From contig OZ024740.1 in the NCBI GenBank assembly GCA_964016885.1, positions 20,460,001 through 20,524,000 on the forward strand: a stretch of DNA of 64,000 nucleotides, in the 5' to 3' direction. Position numbers and translations under genes: made by a program. Position 1 is the first letter of the stretch. Every line of letters begins with the position of its first letter. The notes beneath the pieces are model-generated. The model did no database searches and was not told the DNA's origin. It saw nothing but the letters and a program-made list of their open reading frames with translations. This document shows, one piece after another, positions 26,332 through 39,584 of the stretch. Source of the stretch: Eledone cirrhosa (Eukaryota).

Positions 26332-26826
26332 AAGAAGGGTTTCTCCCTGCGTACGAAAAGCCGGTTATATGATGCCTGTGTGAGATGTGCGATGCTGCAT
26401 GGTAGTGAGACATGGGCAGCAACTGCAGAGGATATGCGACGGCTGGAGAGAAATGAAGCAAGCATGCTTCGTTTGATGTGCAATGTCAATGTACGTGAAC
26501 GACCATGCATGGATGAGTTGAGAAAGAAACTGTGTATAAGAGGGATAAGTTGTGGTGTGTGGGAGAGGAGACTGAGATGGTATGGACATGTGATGCGCAT
26601 GGAGGATGACCACTGGGTAAAGCAGTGCCAAGAAATGCCAGTAGAAGGAAGACAGTAGAAGTAGACCACGAAAGACATGGGTGGAGGTGGTGAGAGCAGA
26701 CCTCAGATCGCTGTAGTTCACGGAGGAGATGACAAAGGACCATGACAAGTGGTGAGATGTGCTGAATAGGACCCGTCCCACCCTTGCAAGCAGGGAAAAG
26801 CGGATGTAAAATGATGATGATGATAA
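26332..26826 (+). mobile_element. RTE LINE 3' fragment
   Basis: KGFSLRTKSRLYDACVRCAMLHGSETW...ERRLRWYGHVMR; (ATG)n tail. Confidence 0.9.
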
Positions 26827-27184
26827 TGTGTGCGTGTGTAAGATCCCTTTCTCACAAAAGTATAAATAAAATGTAGAAAGATTTTATTTTTCCAATAACA
26901 AATAAGATTAAATAGAAGCACATGCATGTAATCAATTAATTATTGCTAGGAACCTTATAGATAAAATATACACAAAAATATATAATCAAAGCTAGGGAAG
27001 AAAAAAAAGTATCAATTCACCACTAAGTGCGTCAATCGGTCAGATACCACAAGTCCATCGGGAATTTTTGAGGTAAGTCAACACGCAGCATTGAATTGAA
27101 TAGACCTTTGAAGACGAGTGTTCCAGTTGTTCCGATCAATTGTGTAAAGAGGATGTGTCTGTGAGTACCCTTATTTGTTACATA

Positions 27185-27709
27185 CGAGGAGGCTTCAAAA
27201 AGTTCGTGGAAAAAAGACAGTTGGAAAACATATTTAAGTTAGGATGTTTATTTTTCAACATATGCCCCATTTAGGTCAACACACTTCTGCAAGTGCTGAT
27301 ACCAGCCTTTAAGTCCGAATAAAACTGGGAGCCATTCGATTTAAACAATTTCAAAGCAGCTTTTTCTACAACTTCAACCTAATCTCTTCCACTTCTAAAA
27401 CGACTTATCCATTTATAGGGTGTTGATTTCTTCGGGACATTGTCCCCATAAACTTGGTCAAGAGTGTCAATGATTTGGCTGCTGCTCTTCCACCCTAGCT
27501 TCGCCATGAATTTGATGTTTTGATGGAAGTCATGTTGCTCGAGTGGGTGCTGACTTCTGATTGGCGGCCCCACGTTTCAACATGAATTTCAGGGTTTATA
27601 TTAGAACATTATAACATGTTAGTACGAGAACATACAGGTTCATTGAGATCTAAATCCTTGCATACGATTTTTTTGTTATGTACTTCCACGAACGTTTTGA
27701 AGCACCCTC

Positions 27710-27710
<1 letters not shown>
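27185..27710 (-). mobile_element. Internally deleted mariner (Hsmar2/irritans-like)
   Basis: TIRs CGAGGAGGCTTCAAAAAGTTCGTGGAA / TTCCACGAACGTTTTGAAGCACCCTCG, with TA on the left. N-term NIKFMAKLGWK..VYGDNVPKKS..YKWISRFRSGRD joined to C-term KGWYQHLQKCVDLNGAYVEK*. Confidence 0.88.
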
Positions 27711-27747
<37 letters not shown>

Positions 27748-27751
<4 letters not shown>

Positions 27752-27926
27752 ATAATAATAAATTTGAAGACTAAAATCCAAAGAGGGCTCGATAAGGATA
27801 AATATATATCAAATATATAAGAACCGTAGAGCAAATATTTATTAAATAACAGATTAAAGTTTAAGCAAAGAATCGCTGCTTTCACCCTTATCTTTGCTTA
27901 AACTTTAATCTGTTATTTAATAAATA
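27748..27926. mobile_element. Short PLE-tail-like element with terminal fold-back, in (TA)n
   Basis: Same family as 37945-38590. 35-bp inverted repeat ATTTATTAAATAACAGATTAAAGTTTAAGCAAAGA. Confidence 0.65.
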
Positions 27927-28639
27927 TATATATATATAGAGAGAGATAGATAAGGAGTGTGTGTGTGTGTATATATATATATTTAAAAAAAAAAGGAAAA
28001 TAATGACTTCACTTGTAGTTCTAAATAATTTGATTTAATTTTATAATATTATGAGTTGGTAGATGTGTGTGTGTGTATGCTTTAATTCCTTTAAATCTTC
28101 ATCAACCCCCACTCCCAGACACATCCAAATCTCTCTTATATATAGAGTCACACAACCTGATCTCAGTTTGACAATCGCCACCGATGAATGCGAGAAAGTT
28201 CTCCAAGAAAGTTAACCAGGAATCTTTAAAATTCTTCCCACTGAAGTTAACAAAGAACTTACTAGATCTTCCAACTCATAATATTATAAAATTAAATCAA
28301 ATTGTTTAGAACTACAAGTGAAGTCATTCTTTCCTGTTTTACAAATATACCTAACTGTACCAAGGATCTTACACATTTTCAAATATAATATATATATATA
28401 TATGAGAATATTGAAGTTTGCTTGAAGCATTGTGGAATAATAAGGTAAATTTCTTTAAGTCGTTTGGAAGCCTCGACAATGCAAATGGGTAAATCTCCGG
28501 GTAACAAGATCCGGTGGTGGAGTGAGAGATGTAAGTGTGTGTACGTTGAGATGCGTGGCGTGTATAAGACTGTAGCGTGTAGAGGAAGGAAGGAAAGATC
28601 GTAAAGGCTAAAAATAAAAATAACACGAGAAAGAGTTAC

Positions 28640-29600
28640 CTTGGGAGAGATTTAATTGTCCCTATAAATTTCGGATTCACATCTATCAACTGTGGGTTTT
28701 TTCCGGGAGGGGGGGGGGGTTGTCTGTCGGAAAGGTGCGAAACGTATCCTCTGCTGTTCGTTGTTTTGAATATCTGAGGTATTCAGCAGAGCGCGTGAAA
28801 TGGGGTCAGTCAGGCAGAGGTAGTTCTTTCAATTGTGGGAGTGGGGTGACGCTAGCTGTCAGTCCATTATCTGCCTGTTTGGTGAATGTTACTGTGTGTA
28901 TGTGCGTGTGTTGTCTCGGTTGAGTGTGTGTGCGGGAGTTATTGCCTTGTTCCTCTGTATTGGCAGTGTAGTATGTTCGTATGGTGGAATGCTACTGTGT
29001 GTGCGTGTGTTGCTGTCTCGCTTGTGTATGTGCGTGTGTTGCTGCATCGTTTGTTAATTTAAACCAACCACCTCATTTTGCTTCTCTCGGATCGGTTGTT
29101 TAGTTGTGGCCCTAGGCGTTTGATCCAAAGTGCTTCCTTGATATGTAACGTACCGACGTTTCTTTCTGTCGCTAGAATTGTGACAATGGGCCTTCCGTCT
29201 TTGTTTCCGCATTTGGCTATGTGTTTCTGGAAAGACGAGGCCCTGGTTTTAGTGTGTTCCTTGATCCGGTTGTGCAACAACCGGATTGTGCTACCTATAT
29301 AGTATTGGTTGCACTTGTTACATTCTATCTATACACGACGTATGTGCGTAGGCAACAGTTCGCAAGACGCATCGAGCAGTCTCTGAGGGAGCACGCGTCA
29401 GTTGATTTCCCGGGATTCCTGGAGAGGCATCTTCGCAGGGAGGGGCCCGAGTGGGCCAGGTGGATGTCGAGGCCCTCCCTCCGTATAGCCTTGCGGATAG
29501 CGTAGGTGGTATTCTCGCCCAGGTGTGGCATTTTAAGGAAGCACTTGCCGTGGGTGCCTCTCTGTCTCTTGTGTCTGGTGTCTCCTACTCTGTCTGTGAG
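28640..29600 (-). mobile_element. Penelope-like element 3' part (frameshifted GIY-YIG endonuclease + 3' UTR)
   Basis: ..CSLRDC..CCLRTYVVY/frameshift/IECNKCNQYYIGSTIRLLHNRIKEH..LHIKEALWIKRLGPQLN, stop at 29059. Confidence 0.85.
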
Positions 29601-30824
29601 CGATATATATATAAGCTTTAAAAAATTAACAAACAAAAGACAAAATAACGAACGGAAACAATTTTTGGGGGGAAACCTTAAAAAATAAATATACAAAAAA
29701 AGGACCCAGAACTCCATGGTCATCGGCCGTTGAGATCGACTTGGGCAATTTCGGTCCCGACCAGCGGTACTGCTGGTCTATCCGGGGTCACAGCGTCAGA
29801 TATAAGCCAAACGCTATCCAAAGGAGTAAGAGACGAAAGCCAAAACAGTAATTGATAGCCGTTAAGATACAAAATATAGAATGTTGTGTGATGTTAGGGA
29901 AAATGTCTGGTGCCTCTTAGAACACGTGACACATGAGTGAAAGAAAGTAAGATATCGTGTTAGAAATGTAAGCCATTACAATAAATGACGGGAGAAGAGA
30001 AAAACATGTTCACTACATTGGTAGATAAACTTAAGAAAATTAACAATATATATATAAATATATATACCAACCGGAGGTATATGGTCTTTAAAGCGATGAA
30101 ATACCAATGAAGGTTGGAAGATCACTGATGAAGGACTAACTTTATTCATATGTAACCCATTTGCAACCACGCAGCACGTTTGTTTTCATATTCACACATA
30201 TATTCTCCTCCGCTGTGACCCGTCTATTTCGTTCTTACTGCTTCCTCTTTCTCTGTATCTTTACCCTCTCTAACAGTCACTCTTTCTCTGTTAGCTTCTT
30301 CCTCACCCTTCACTCACTCACTCTCTGCTACTACCTCTCCTACTTCCTCCCGTTTGACCTGTGCGTAATTCTTTTCTCGCGCACGCTTGACCAGGCTGGT
30401 TGTTCCTTTTTTCTCTCTTGTCTACGATTTCACAGAACTTATGTTCACCGAATTCAGGGACTAGACTCCTTCGTCCTCCCGTTTGACCTGTGCGGAATTC
30501 CTTCCTTGCTCACATTTCGACTAGGTTTGATGGTCTTTATTCTCTCTCGTTCACGATTTCACCGAACTTATATTCATGGAAATCTGGGACTTGACTCTTT
30601 CTTCCTCACTTTCCGTTGCATTACCATCTTTGTTTGTTTACAGTCTCGCTCGTTCCCCTTATTTACGTGTCTCAACGACTTTCTTTAGCCGTTGCTCGCA
30701 CCAACCGGAGGTATATGGTCTTTAAAGCGATGAAATACCTATGAAGGTTGGACGATCACTGATGAAGGACTAACTTTATTCATATATATATATATATATA
30801 AATATAAATATATATATATAAATA

Positions 30825-30864
<40 letters not shown>

Positions 30865-30967
30865 TATATATATATATATATGTTTATATATATATATGTT
30901 TATATATATTTATATATATATATATATATATAAATATATATATATATAAATATATATATATATAAAT

Positions 30968-31048
<81 letters not shown>

Positions 31049-31126
31049 AATATCCAGGAAGCTCCAACCGTTAAGGTTGTCTTTTTTTTTCCAGGTATGT
31101 CAATATTTATTTATAAAACAAATCTG

Positions 31127-31192
31127 TATTTTATCTGATGAAAGCGCACCATAATTTGCCTTGGTTGCCCTTGAAATATGTATAATAAAATA
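31127..31192 (+). ncRNA. Minimal hammerhead in a PLE tail fragment (31055-31328); same family as 44313-44378
   Basis: TATTTTAT-CTGATGA-AAGCGCACCA..TGGTTGCCCTT-GAA-ATATGTAT-A-ATAAAATA. Confidence 0.72.
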
Positions 31193-31326
31193 AATATGGT
31201 TTTATAAATATAGTTTCAATTTATTAATATATTGTATATTTACTCCACTAACTTGTTGAGTGCTTTATATCAATTATAACATTTTTTAAGCTTGTTGAAT
31301 CCCAACAAATTAAATATAACCTCTGC

Positions 31327-31384
<58 letters not shown>

Positions 31385-31515
31385 ATTGGTCCAGAATTAG
31401 CTGTCGAAACGGCTTGAGCTCTGCCGTCTGGGTCATACTTGTTCCTATTACCCACTCTACTACCCTAACTTTGGTGCGTTATGGTCCATCTGGTTCCTTA
31501 CCACATTTCCTTCGT

Positions 31516-31573
<58 letters not shown>

Positions 31574-31580
<7 letters not shown>

Positions 31581-33473
31581 GAAAACACAGGTAAGCATTA
31601 AGAGAAGGATTTTATCCAGGTATTTACGACCGTTTCATTGGTAAGTGCAACCTTATATTGCTATACTGCAAATAGCAGCCACTCAATTATAAGGGGTTGT
31701 TCACAGTCCAAATTTTCAAAATAGTGAGTAAGTTACTCTTGAAATAGTTCTTAATATATAGAGAAAAACATTTTTTGGGAATTGTATTTACTAGTATAGA
31801 GAGAGAGGAATTAGAAGGTGAGGGGACAGACGGGATAGTATAGAGAGAGAGGAAGGGGGAAAGTTAGGAAGTGGAGTGACAAACTGAGATGGAGGGAGGG
31901 GTAGAGGTGGAAGGATTCCTTGATCAGTTTTGATATGTAGACTTCATGTCGTGGAATGTAGTGAGTTAAAGAGAATTAAGTTGATCATAGTGGGAGGGAT
32001 GGATAGAGAGAGAGAGGGGGGGGGGGATAAAGAGATAAATATATATATAAAAAATAAAGATAAATATATTAATGACAAAAATAAAAGCAAAGAAGGGGGG
32101 GGGGGGAAGAAAAGAAAAGATTGCGAAAAAGGGGAGGGAAGGAAGGAAGAAATAGAAGCCCACCAATAATGTCAAAGTTGCCCATGACAAGAATTGTAAC
32201 TGCCACCTACCTGAAACCTGTCCATTACATAATGAATGTATGCAGTCTAACCTGGTTTACCAATGCACAGTGGAATCAGACGACCAGAAATGGTATTACA
32301 TCGGAGCGACTGGGAATACATTTAAAGCCCGTTGGTATACACACCGTTACGCAATGAAACGTTCCCAGCATCGTTATGTAACTACCCTTGCGAACAAGAC
32401 CTGGCAACTGAGGGAAAGTAACCATCAATATACCCTGAAGTGGAAAAATTATCGAACGCGCCCCCATATCGGAGTGGTATGAGAAGCTGTCGATTATGGG
32501 ACCTTGAGCTGTTCCACATTTTGAGTTCGAAGAATAAGTTACTCAACAATAAAATCGAAAGATCAATTTATTGTAACCATAGACTCAAAGAGAAGTTTTC
32601 GCACTACAAGTGCAAATCGAACCCTTAACCTCTTACTACCAACTGACAAACTGCATATACTTAGACTTTATACCCTCTTATTGTATCTTTTAATTACCCA
32701 CAAAAACCAATACCTATATCCATCCCTTCTCCTTCATTCCTCTTCTATTTCTTCGTTTTCTTCCTTCCTTCCCTCCCCTTTTTCGCAATCTTTTCTTTTC
32801 TTCTTTCTCTCCCTTTCTTTGCTTTTATTTTTGTCATTATTATATTTATCTTTATTTTTTATATATATATTTATCTCTTTATATCCCCCCCTCTCTCTCT
32901 CTCTCTATCCATCCCTCCCACTATGATCAACTTAATTCTCTTTAACTCACTACATTCCACGACATGAAGTCTACATATCAAAACTGATCAAGGAATCCTT
33001 CCACCTCTACCCCTCCCTCCATCTCAGTTTGTCACTCCACTTCCTAACTTTCCCCCTTCCTCTCTCTCTATACTATCCCGTCTGTCCCCTCACCTTCTAA
33101 TTCCTCTCTCTCTATACTAGTAAATACAATTCCCAAAAAATGTTTTTCTCTATATATTAAGAACTATTTCAAGAGTAACTTACTCACTATTTTGAAAATT
33201 TGGACTGTGAAAAACCCCTTATAATTGAGTGGCTGCTATTTGCAGTATAGCAATATAAGGTTGCACTTACCAATGAAACGGTCGTAAATACCTGGATAAA
33301 ATCCTTCTCTTAATGCTTACCTGTGTTTTCTCTTTTATACTTTATACTGCAACATTGAACGGAATTCTTACAAACTTGTGGAGTTACCCCTAACCGTACG
33401 TTGAAACCATCCATGAAACTGGCTTTCTTAACCACGAACTGGATCACAATAAGCAATTTTCTGCTTCCCTAAC

Positions 33474-33475
<2 letters not shown>
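31574..33475 (+). mobile_element. Naiad-type PLE: inverted 3' arm (31574-32158) + truncated GIY-YIG EN (32159-32628, one frameshift) + 3' UTR
   Basis: NCNCHLPETCPLHNEC..NLVYQCTV..YYIGATGNTFKARW..LKWK/..CRLWDLE..LLN..YCNHR. 31574-32158 is the reverse complement of ~32742-33338. Confidence 0.88.
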
Positions 33476-33507
<32 letters not shown>

Positions 33508-33749
33508 TATATGTAGAGGTTATATTTAATTTGTTTCCATTTGTTAATATATTGTATATATATATATATATATATATATAGTATTAGTTATTAGTTATAC
33601 TATTTATGGTTATGTAAATACAAAACCTTAAGCAGTTGTAAGTATTTTACACACACCCTAAATAGTGGTAGGCAGTATTGTATTACACTGTAGCAAGCAA
33701 CCATAGCAACGGCAGTAACAATAGAAATAACACTAGTATAAGTAATAAC

Positions 33750-33936
33750 TGTTTCTACTTTTAGGCACAAGGCCAGCAATTACCCAGTGTATTACTGGTA
33801 CTTTATTTTATCGACCCTGTAAGGATGAAAGGCAAAGTCAACCTCGGCGGGATTTGAACTAAGATCGTAAAGGGACGTAACTATGCTGGAAAGCATGGCG
33901 TCCGACTCTCTACCGATACTGCCAATCCACCGCCCT
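33750..33936 (-). mobile_element. Young SINE with 18-bp target-site duplication
   Basis: ACTAGTATAAGTAATAAC at 33732-33749 and 33937-33954. Confidence 0.92.
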
Positions 33937-35920
33937 ACTAGTATAAGTAATAACACCAGGGTTGTCAACCCGAACACCCAAAATCCTATATCTACCACAC
34001 GGACTTCCGCATTGCATCATAACCAGCGGACTAACGCACAGGATAATTGTAACTGTAGAGCTAATAGAACCTGCCCTTTAGATAAAAAATGCCTAACCAA
34101 GGATGTCATATACTCATGCACCGTCACGACTAATAACTCTTCAGAAACCTATGTAGGCTCCACTTCTAACTGCTTCAAAATCAGATATAATTCGCACATC
34201 CACTCGTTCAAAAAGCACAGCCTAGCCAACTCCACCTCACTTTCTAGCTACATACACTATCTAAAATCTAAAAATAAACCATACACACTCAAATGGGGAG
34301 TGATAGGAAGCGCGACCTCGTACAAACCACCTAATAAATTCTGTAACCTCTGTATACTAGAGACACACAATATTATCTTCTCCAACCGTAACCTACTTAA
34401 CAAAAAATCTGAGGTGTTTGCAACTTGCCAGCACCGCCTCAGACATTCCTTCCAAAACTTTAAGCCCAATATATAGCAATGTCGGACTGGAACCTAACAC
34501 CACATCTAGCATCAAACACCAGAGACACACCTTATACTACATACCCAACACTAACTGATCCATTATAACACAAACAATGACATCCCTCTGGAACCCTTCG
34601 CAGGGAGAATACCCATTTATACCTCTGCGGCAGGTGTGACAACATCCACCCACTTGAACGGCACTACACCGCTCTAAGGGTAATTTGAGCATGAATTGAT
34701 CGGTTGGATGGTGTTGTGCAGAGGAAACACCTTCCTTAGACGGATGTAAAATGATTTAATCGAGTAGCGCTGTTGACCAGTAGGACCGGACTGCTGAGCG
34801 CAGTGGGTGAATGCATTCCAACTGCCGTGCGGGTTGTACGTATATGGATAATCTGACGGTCAGAGAGGGGTCGCGAGGACTGCGGATTGACCTTTGGCCG
34901 GCCTGGGGATAATTATCTTTCGACATCAAATGTAGCAAGCGATGACCCAGATCTTACCAGAGATCATCGGGTCCTGAAGCAAGCCTGCAATCACCGCGCC
35001 TGGTCATATGAGCAGACTACAACCACAGAGATCATTAATTTAGAATCCTCGCTCATCATCTATAATTTCCATTTGTGGCACCTTAAGATGGGTTAATCCA
35101 CCATAATAATATGATCACCTTCAGCATAACTTAATTAAACTACTCTATAGTTAATACACTTTATGCTTTAAAAATCTCTCTTGGAAGATGCGCATCACCA
35201 TAGAATTTAGGGTCTATATTGGGACACATTTTAATGGCTAGATACAGAAACCCCAGAGTTACCTCCCCGCATGCATTAACTCCCCTTAGCCACACACACA
35301 CTTCCGGGCGGTATTCAATGGCGTTTCTAGAAACGTAACAACCTCCTGTATCGAACTAAAGAACACCAGACTAAGATCTCTAACTGGATTGCCGTGGATT
35401 ATGTGAAGGGTATATAATCGAAAAATATACTCCCCTGACCATGAAAATGCCGAAGTACATGAAATACTTGACATCCCTGCGCTGTGCATCTCCATTTCTT
35501 ATAACACTTTTAATGCTTGCACTATCTTTAATGCTTATAATATTTCTCCACACACAGACTATATCAATCATATAAAGAATTTGCCACCAGATCTACCAAC
35601 CTAACACTCTTATTTACCTACCTAAGTGCCTCTACCACACATATCTCTCTGCCACACTATATAAACAAGACGCACATACGTGCCACACATATAACATTTG
35701 CACTATATAACCGCTTATCTTCATGTTGTATTTTAACCTATATCTTTGATTTTTGATTGTACCTATTAATATAAATGTAATCTCGAAGTGTGTACTGCCA
35801 CTCTAAATTCTGTAATGAATGTTGACCCACAATGTTTGAATATGTATCAATGTTTGAATATGTATTGGTATGTCTCTCGGCTGAAAAGGAGGTCATATAA
35901 CTGTCCATGCATTAATAAAT

Positions 35921-35967
35921 TGCTCCGAAGAATCCAAACCTCGGTTTGGAGGAAACAGCTGTAAGCA
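35921..35967 (+). ncRNA. Minimal hammerhead (core variant CCGAAGA)
   Basis: TGCT-CCGAAGA-ATCCAAACC-TC-GGTTTGGAG-GAA-ACAGCTGT-A-AGCA. Confidence 0.6.
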
Positions 35968-36034
35968 CAATAATGTTTTGAACAGTTCTTTGATTCTTAT
36001 ATTTCATATATTTCATATATTTCATATATTTCAT

Positions 36035-36096
<62 letters not shown>

Positions 36097-36103
<7 letters not shown>

Positions 36104-36166
36104 TATGCGCATTTCAAAAACAAATATCATCATGGGATGATATCTGCGTTCTCATCAGATAAAATA
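36097..36166 (-). ncRNA. Minimal hammerhead ribozyme
   Basis: rc ..TTTAT-CTGATGA-GAACGCAGATATCATC-CCAT-GATGATATTTGTTTTT-GAA-ATGCGCAT-A-ATAAA. Confidence 0.78.
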
Positions 36167-37830
36167 GGGAGACATGATATGAAGCTTAAAAAACACTTGT
36201 GAGCAGTGAAGTTTTAAATCAACATATAAAAATTAATTAAGATGGATGTATGAGATTGGGAAAAAAATGAGGGGGAGGGGGGTTAGGAAAAGGTAAGGAA
36301 GAGGAAGAAAGAAAATAAAGCATGGTGGGGGATGAGTATAAGAAGGAAGGGTGAGAGAGGAGGAGAAATGAGTGATAGAGAGAGAGAAATAGCCTTTTCA
36401 ACTGAGAAAACATTGTCTCACAGAGAGAAATTAAAAAACTGTTGGAAGATAATAGATAATTTAAAAAGATTTTGAAATTAAAAGTTAATGAGGTTTATGG
36501 ATGTTGATGTTTATGATTGAAGAAAAAGGAATTAGGAATAGTATTAATTTAGGTTTATTTATTGAAGGTTTTAATAATATGTGCGAAAAAAGAATTTATT
36601 AATATGTATTATTAAAATTAAAATATTAATGATATTAAGGATATAATGTGAAAGAAGGAGAAGAATAAATGAATTATGAACTTAGAGGAATTAGTTAGGG
36701 TTTAAGTTTGTTTTTATGTATTGTAATATGTAAAAGTAAATAATAGGTTTAAAACGAGCACGGAAGGAGAGAAGAAAAAAGAGAATTTAAGGAAGAAAAA
36801 ATTTCTAACGTCAAAAAGTATATATGTTTACAAAAATTTTCTAATGGTAATATTATTATATATTAAAAAATATAGTTTCTATGGCCAATAATATGAGGAA
36901 AAATGGAAAAATGGAAATGCTGTAGTGAATAATAATATGAATTGAGAAGTAAAAGTTACAGATTAAAGAATTAGAAATGAAAAAAGAAAAAAAGGAAGAA
37001 AGGAAAAAGGATAAAAAGAAGAAAGATAGGGGATCACAACGACATAGAATGAGTACATTGTATAATATAATATACTGAAATAAGGCAGAAAGTTGGGTAT
37101 ATTTGTAAAAGATATTGAGAAAAGAAGATTTTAAACTAATTAGGTATTGAGATATTAGCTGTATACTTTATGGAATGTTCTATGGGATTTATGCAAGCAC
37201 AGCGAAAATAAATCCGTACGTCTATTTATTATGGAATTAAAATTAGATATAATGGTAAATTTCTCGGCTAGGCAGAGATTACATGTTCTGGATAGGGAAG
37301 AATTCTGGTAAGGAAAGGCGTTTCAAACCTTCCTCCAAGAGATGTTATAGTTAATATTTTTGTCTTTTAAGGACCATATGAGTTCCGAGAGTGCCGTGTT
37401 AGTGCTTTTAAGTTAGTATTTAAAAGACGATTTGTGATTATAAAATCTTGCTTTAAAGGAAGTGGAAGTGGAACCGAAATAGGTAAAAGAATTAGTACCA
37501 GTTATAACCTTACATTCATACACTAAGTTTTTATCATGACATTGGTTATTAAGAGGGCATTTAGTTCTAACAGGGCAATTACAATTACGATTAGAGAAAT
37601 TAACAGAGTTATTAATAAGTGACCTAGTATTATTTATAGAAGGAATTGGATTGGAGAAGTTATTTACGATAGGTACTATAGTTTCCTGATTTAGATTGGT
37701 ATTGTGAACATACAACGAAGTTACGTTTAACGTCGTATTTAAATTTACTGAATCTAGCCTAGAGTTAACATAGACGTCTGCTATTATTATGACGCTCAGT
37801 GTGGGATGGATGTAATTTATTTGCATTGCA
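36097..37830 (-). mobile_element. Naiad-type PLE 3' part (EN with premature stop at 37413, 3' UTR, HHR); relative of 47532-49541
   Basis: NCNCPVRTKCPLNNQC..LVYECKV..YFGSTSTSFKARFYNH. Collinear with 47930-49505. Confidence 0.88.
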
Positions 37831-37845
37831 ATTTATTGCAACATT

Positions 37846-37942
<97 letters not shown>

Positions 37943-38061
37943 TACTAATAATAATAAATTTGAAGACTAAAATCCAAAGAGAGCTCGATAAGGATAAATA
38001 TATATCAAATATATAAGAACCGTAGAGCAAATATTTATTAAAATATCTATTATTTTAATAA

Positions 38062-38311
<250 letters not shown>

Positions 38312-38589
38312 CGAAGGAAATGGGGTAAGGAACCAGGTGGACCATAACGCACCAAAGTACTCAATACTTAGGGTAGTAGAGTGGGTAATAGGAACGAGTA
38401 GGACCCCGACGGCTGAACTCAAGCCGTTTCGACGGCTAATTCTGGACTAGAATTAGCCGTCGAAACGGCTTGAGCTCAGCCGTCGGGGTTCTACTCGTTC
38501 CTATATACATATATTTATTAAAATAACAGATTAACGTTTAAGTAAAGAATCGCTGCTTTCACCCTTAACGGGATCTTCTGAAACTAACA

Positions 38590-38663
<74 letters not shown>

Positions 38664-38928
38664 AAACATGTCTATAGAATCACAAGATAAAATATATACT
38701 ATTTTTTCTCCCAATTAGCATAATTAACTATATAAAAAATCGAATAGACCAGGCTATACGAATGAGGCTTCTATGAAGGAATCGCCAACAAATAACCAAA
38801 ACTAGCGGTTCGCGTCGGCCGTAGTGGAATATTTATCGAATATTTCGACAGCGTAATCGCCTTGATACAGTCAACTAAGCAGAATTAGGTTTAAAATAAA
38901 CTAGGAGAAAATAGAATACATTTAAATA

Positions 38929-39014
38929 CCTCTACCATGGTTTCGTCCGTGTTTTGAGTTTTCCAATAATTATGTAATAATTATATAAACTCGAGCGCCG
39001 GACTCTTCAGGAAG
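38929..39014 (-). ncRNA. Hammerhead with extended stem II
   Basis: rc CTTC-CTGAAGA-GTCCG...CGGAC-GAA-ACCATGGT-A-GAGG. Confidence 0.75.
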
Positions 39015-39312
39015 CTCGCTCATATCTAGACATTAAATTTTCCAAAACGATCGCGCCAAGAATTCATTTCAAAATGGCTAAAAAACGTGACGTAGTCGCG
39101 GTCAAGTTGGAAGGGGTGTGGTAGTTGCTTACGACTGGTGGCATTTTTGCTAGAAAGCACAGCACAATACAGCCAAATTTGTATCTCAACCTAGTGGGAG
39201 ATTATTACATATAAAAGTTTACATACATATATATACATACACATACATATACGTGTTTTGCAACTGGTCACTTTTTGGCTCAATGAAAAATTAATAAATT
39301 AAACAATCAGAG

Positions 39313-39353
<41 letters not shown>

Positions 39354-39584
39354 ACCGGTCATATATATATATATATAAGACATCTGAGGCCATATTCAGT
39401 TGATTTAGGTTTATTTAAAATCCGTTATACGTATTTCGCCTCAGATCTTTTATTAATATATATATAATGTTCCGGCTTTTACCATTTCTACAGGTCGTTG
39501 ACTGCTTCCTTTTATCTGCTACACAACCGACAGACCATAATGTGGTCCATCCTTGTTCGGTTAACCCCATACTATATATATATA

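Larger units (their letters stand above)
33690..35995 (+). mobile_element. Naiad-type PLE 3' part: intact GIY-YIG EN (to 34476), long 3' UTR, terminal HHR
   Basis: NCNCRANRTCPLDKKCL..VIYSCTV..YVGSTSNCFKIRYNSH..LKW..CNLCILE..LLNKKSE..CQHR. HHR motif at 35921. Confidence 0.85.
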
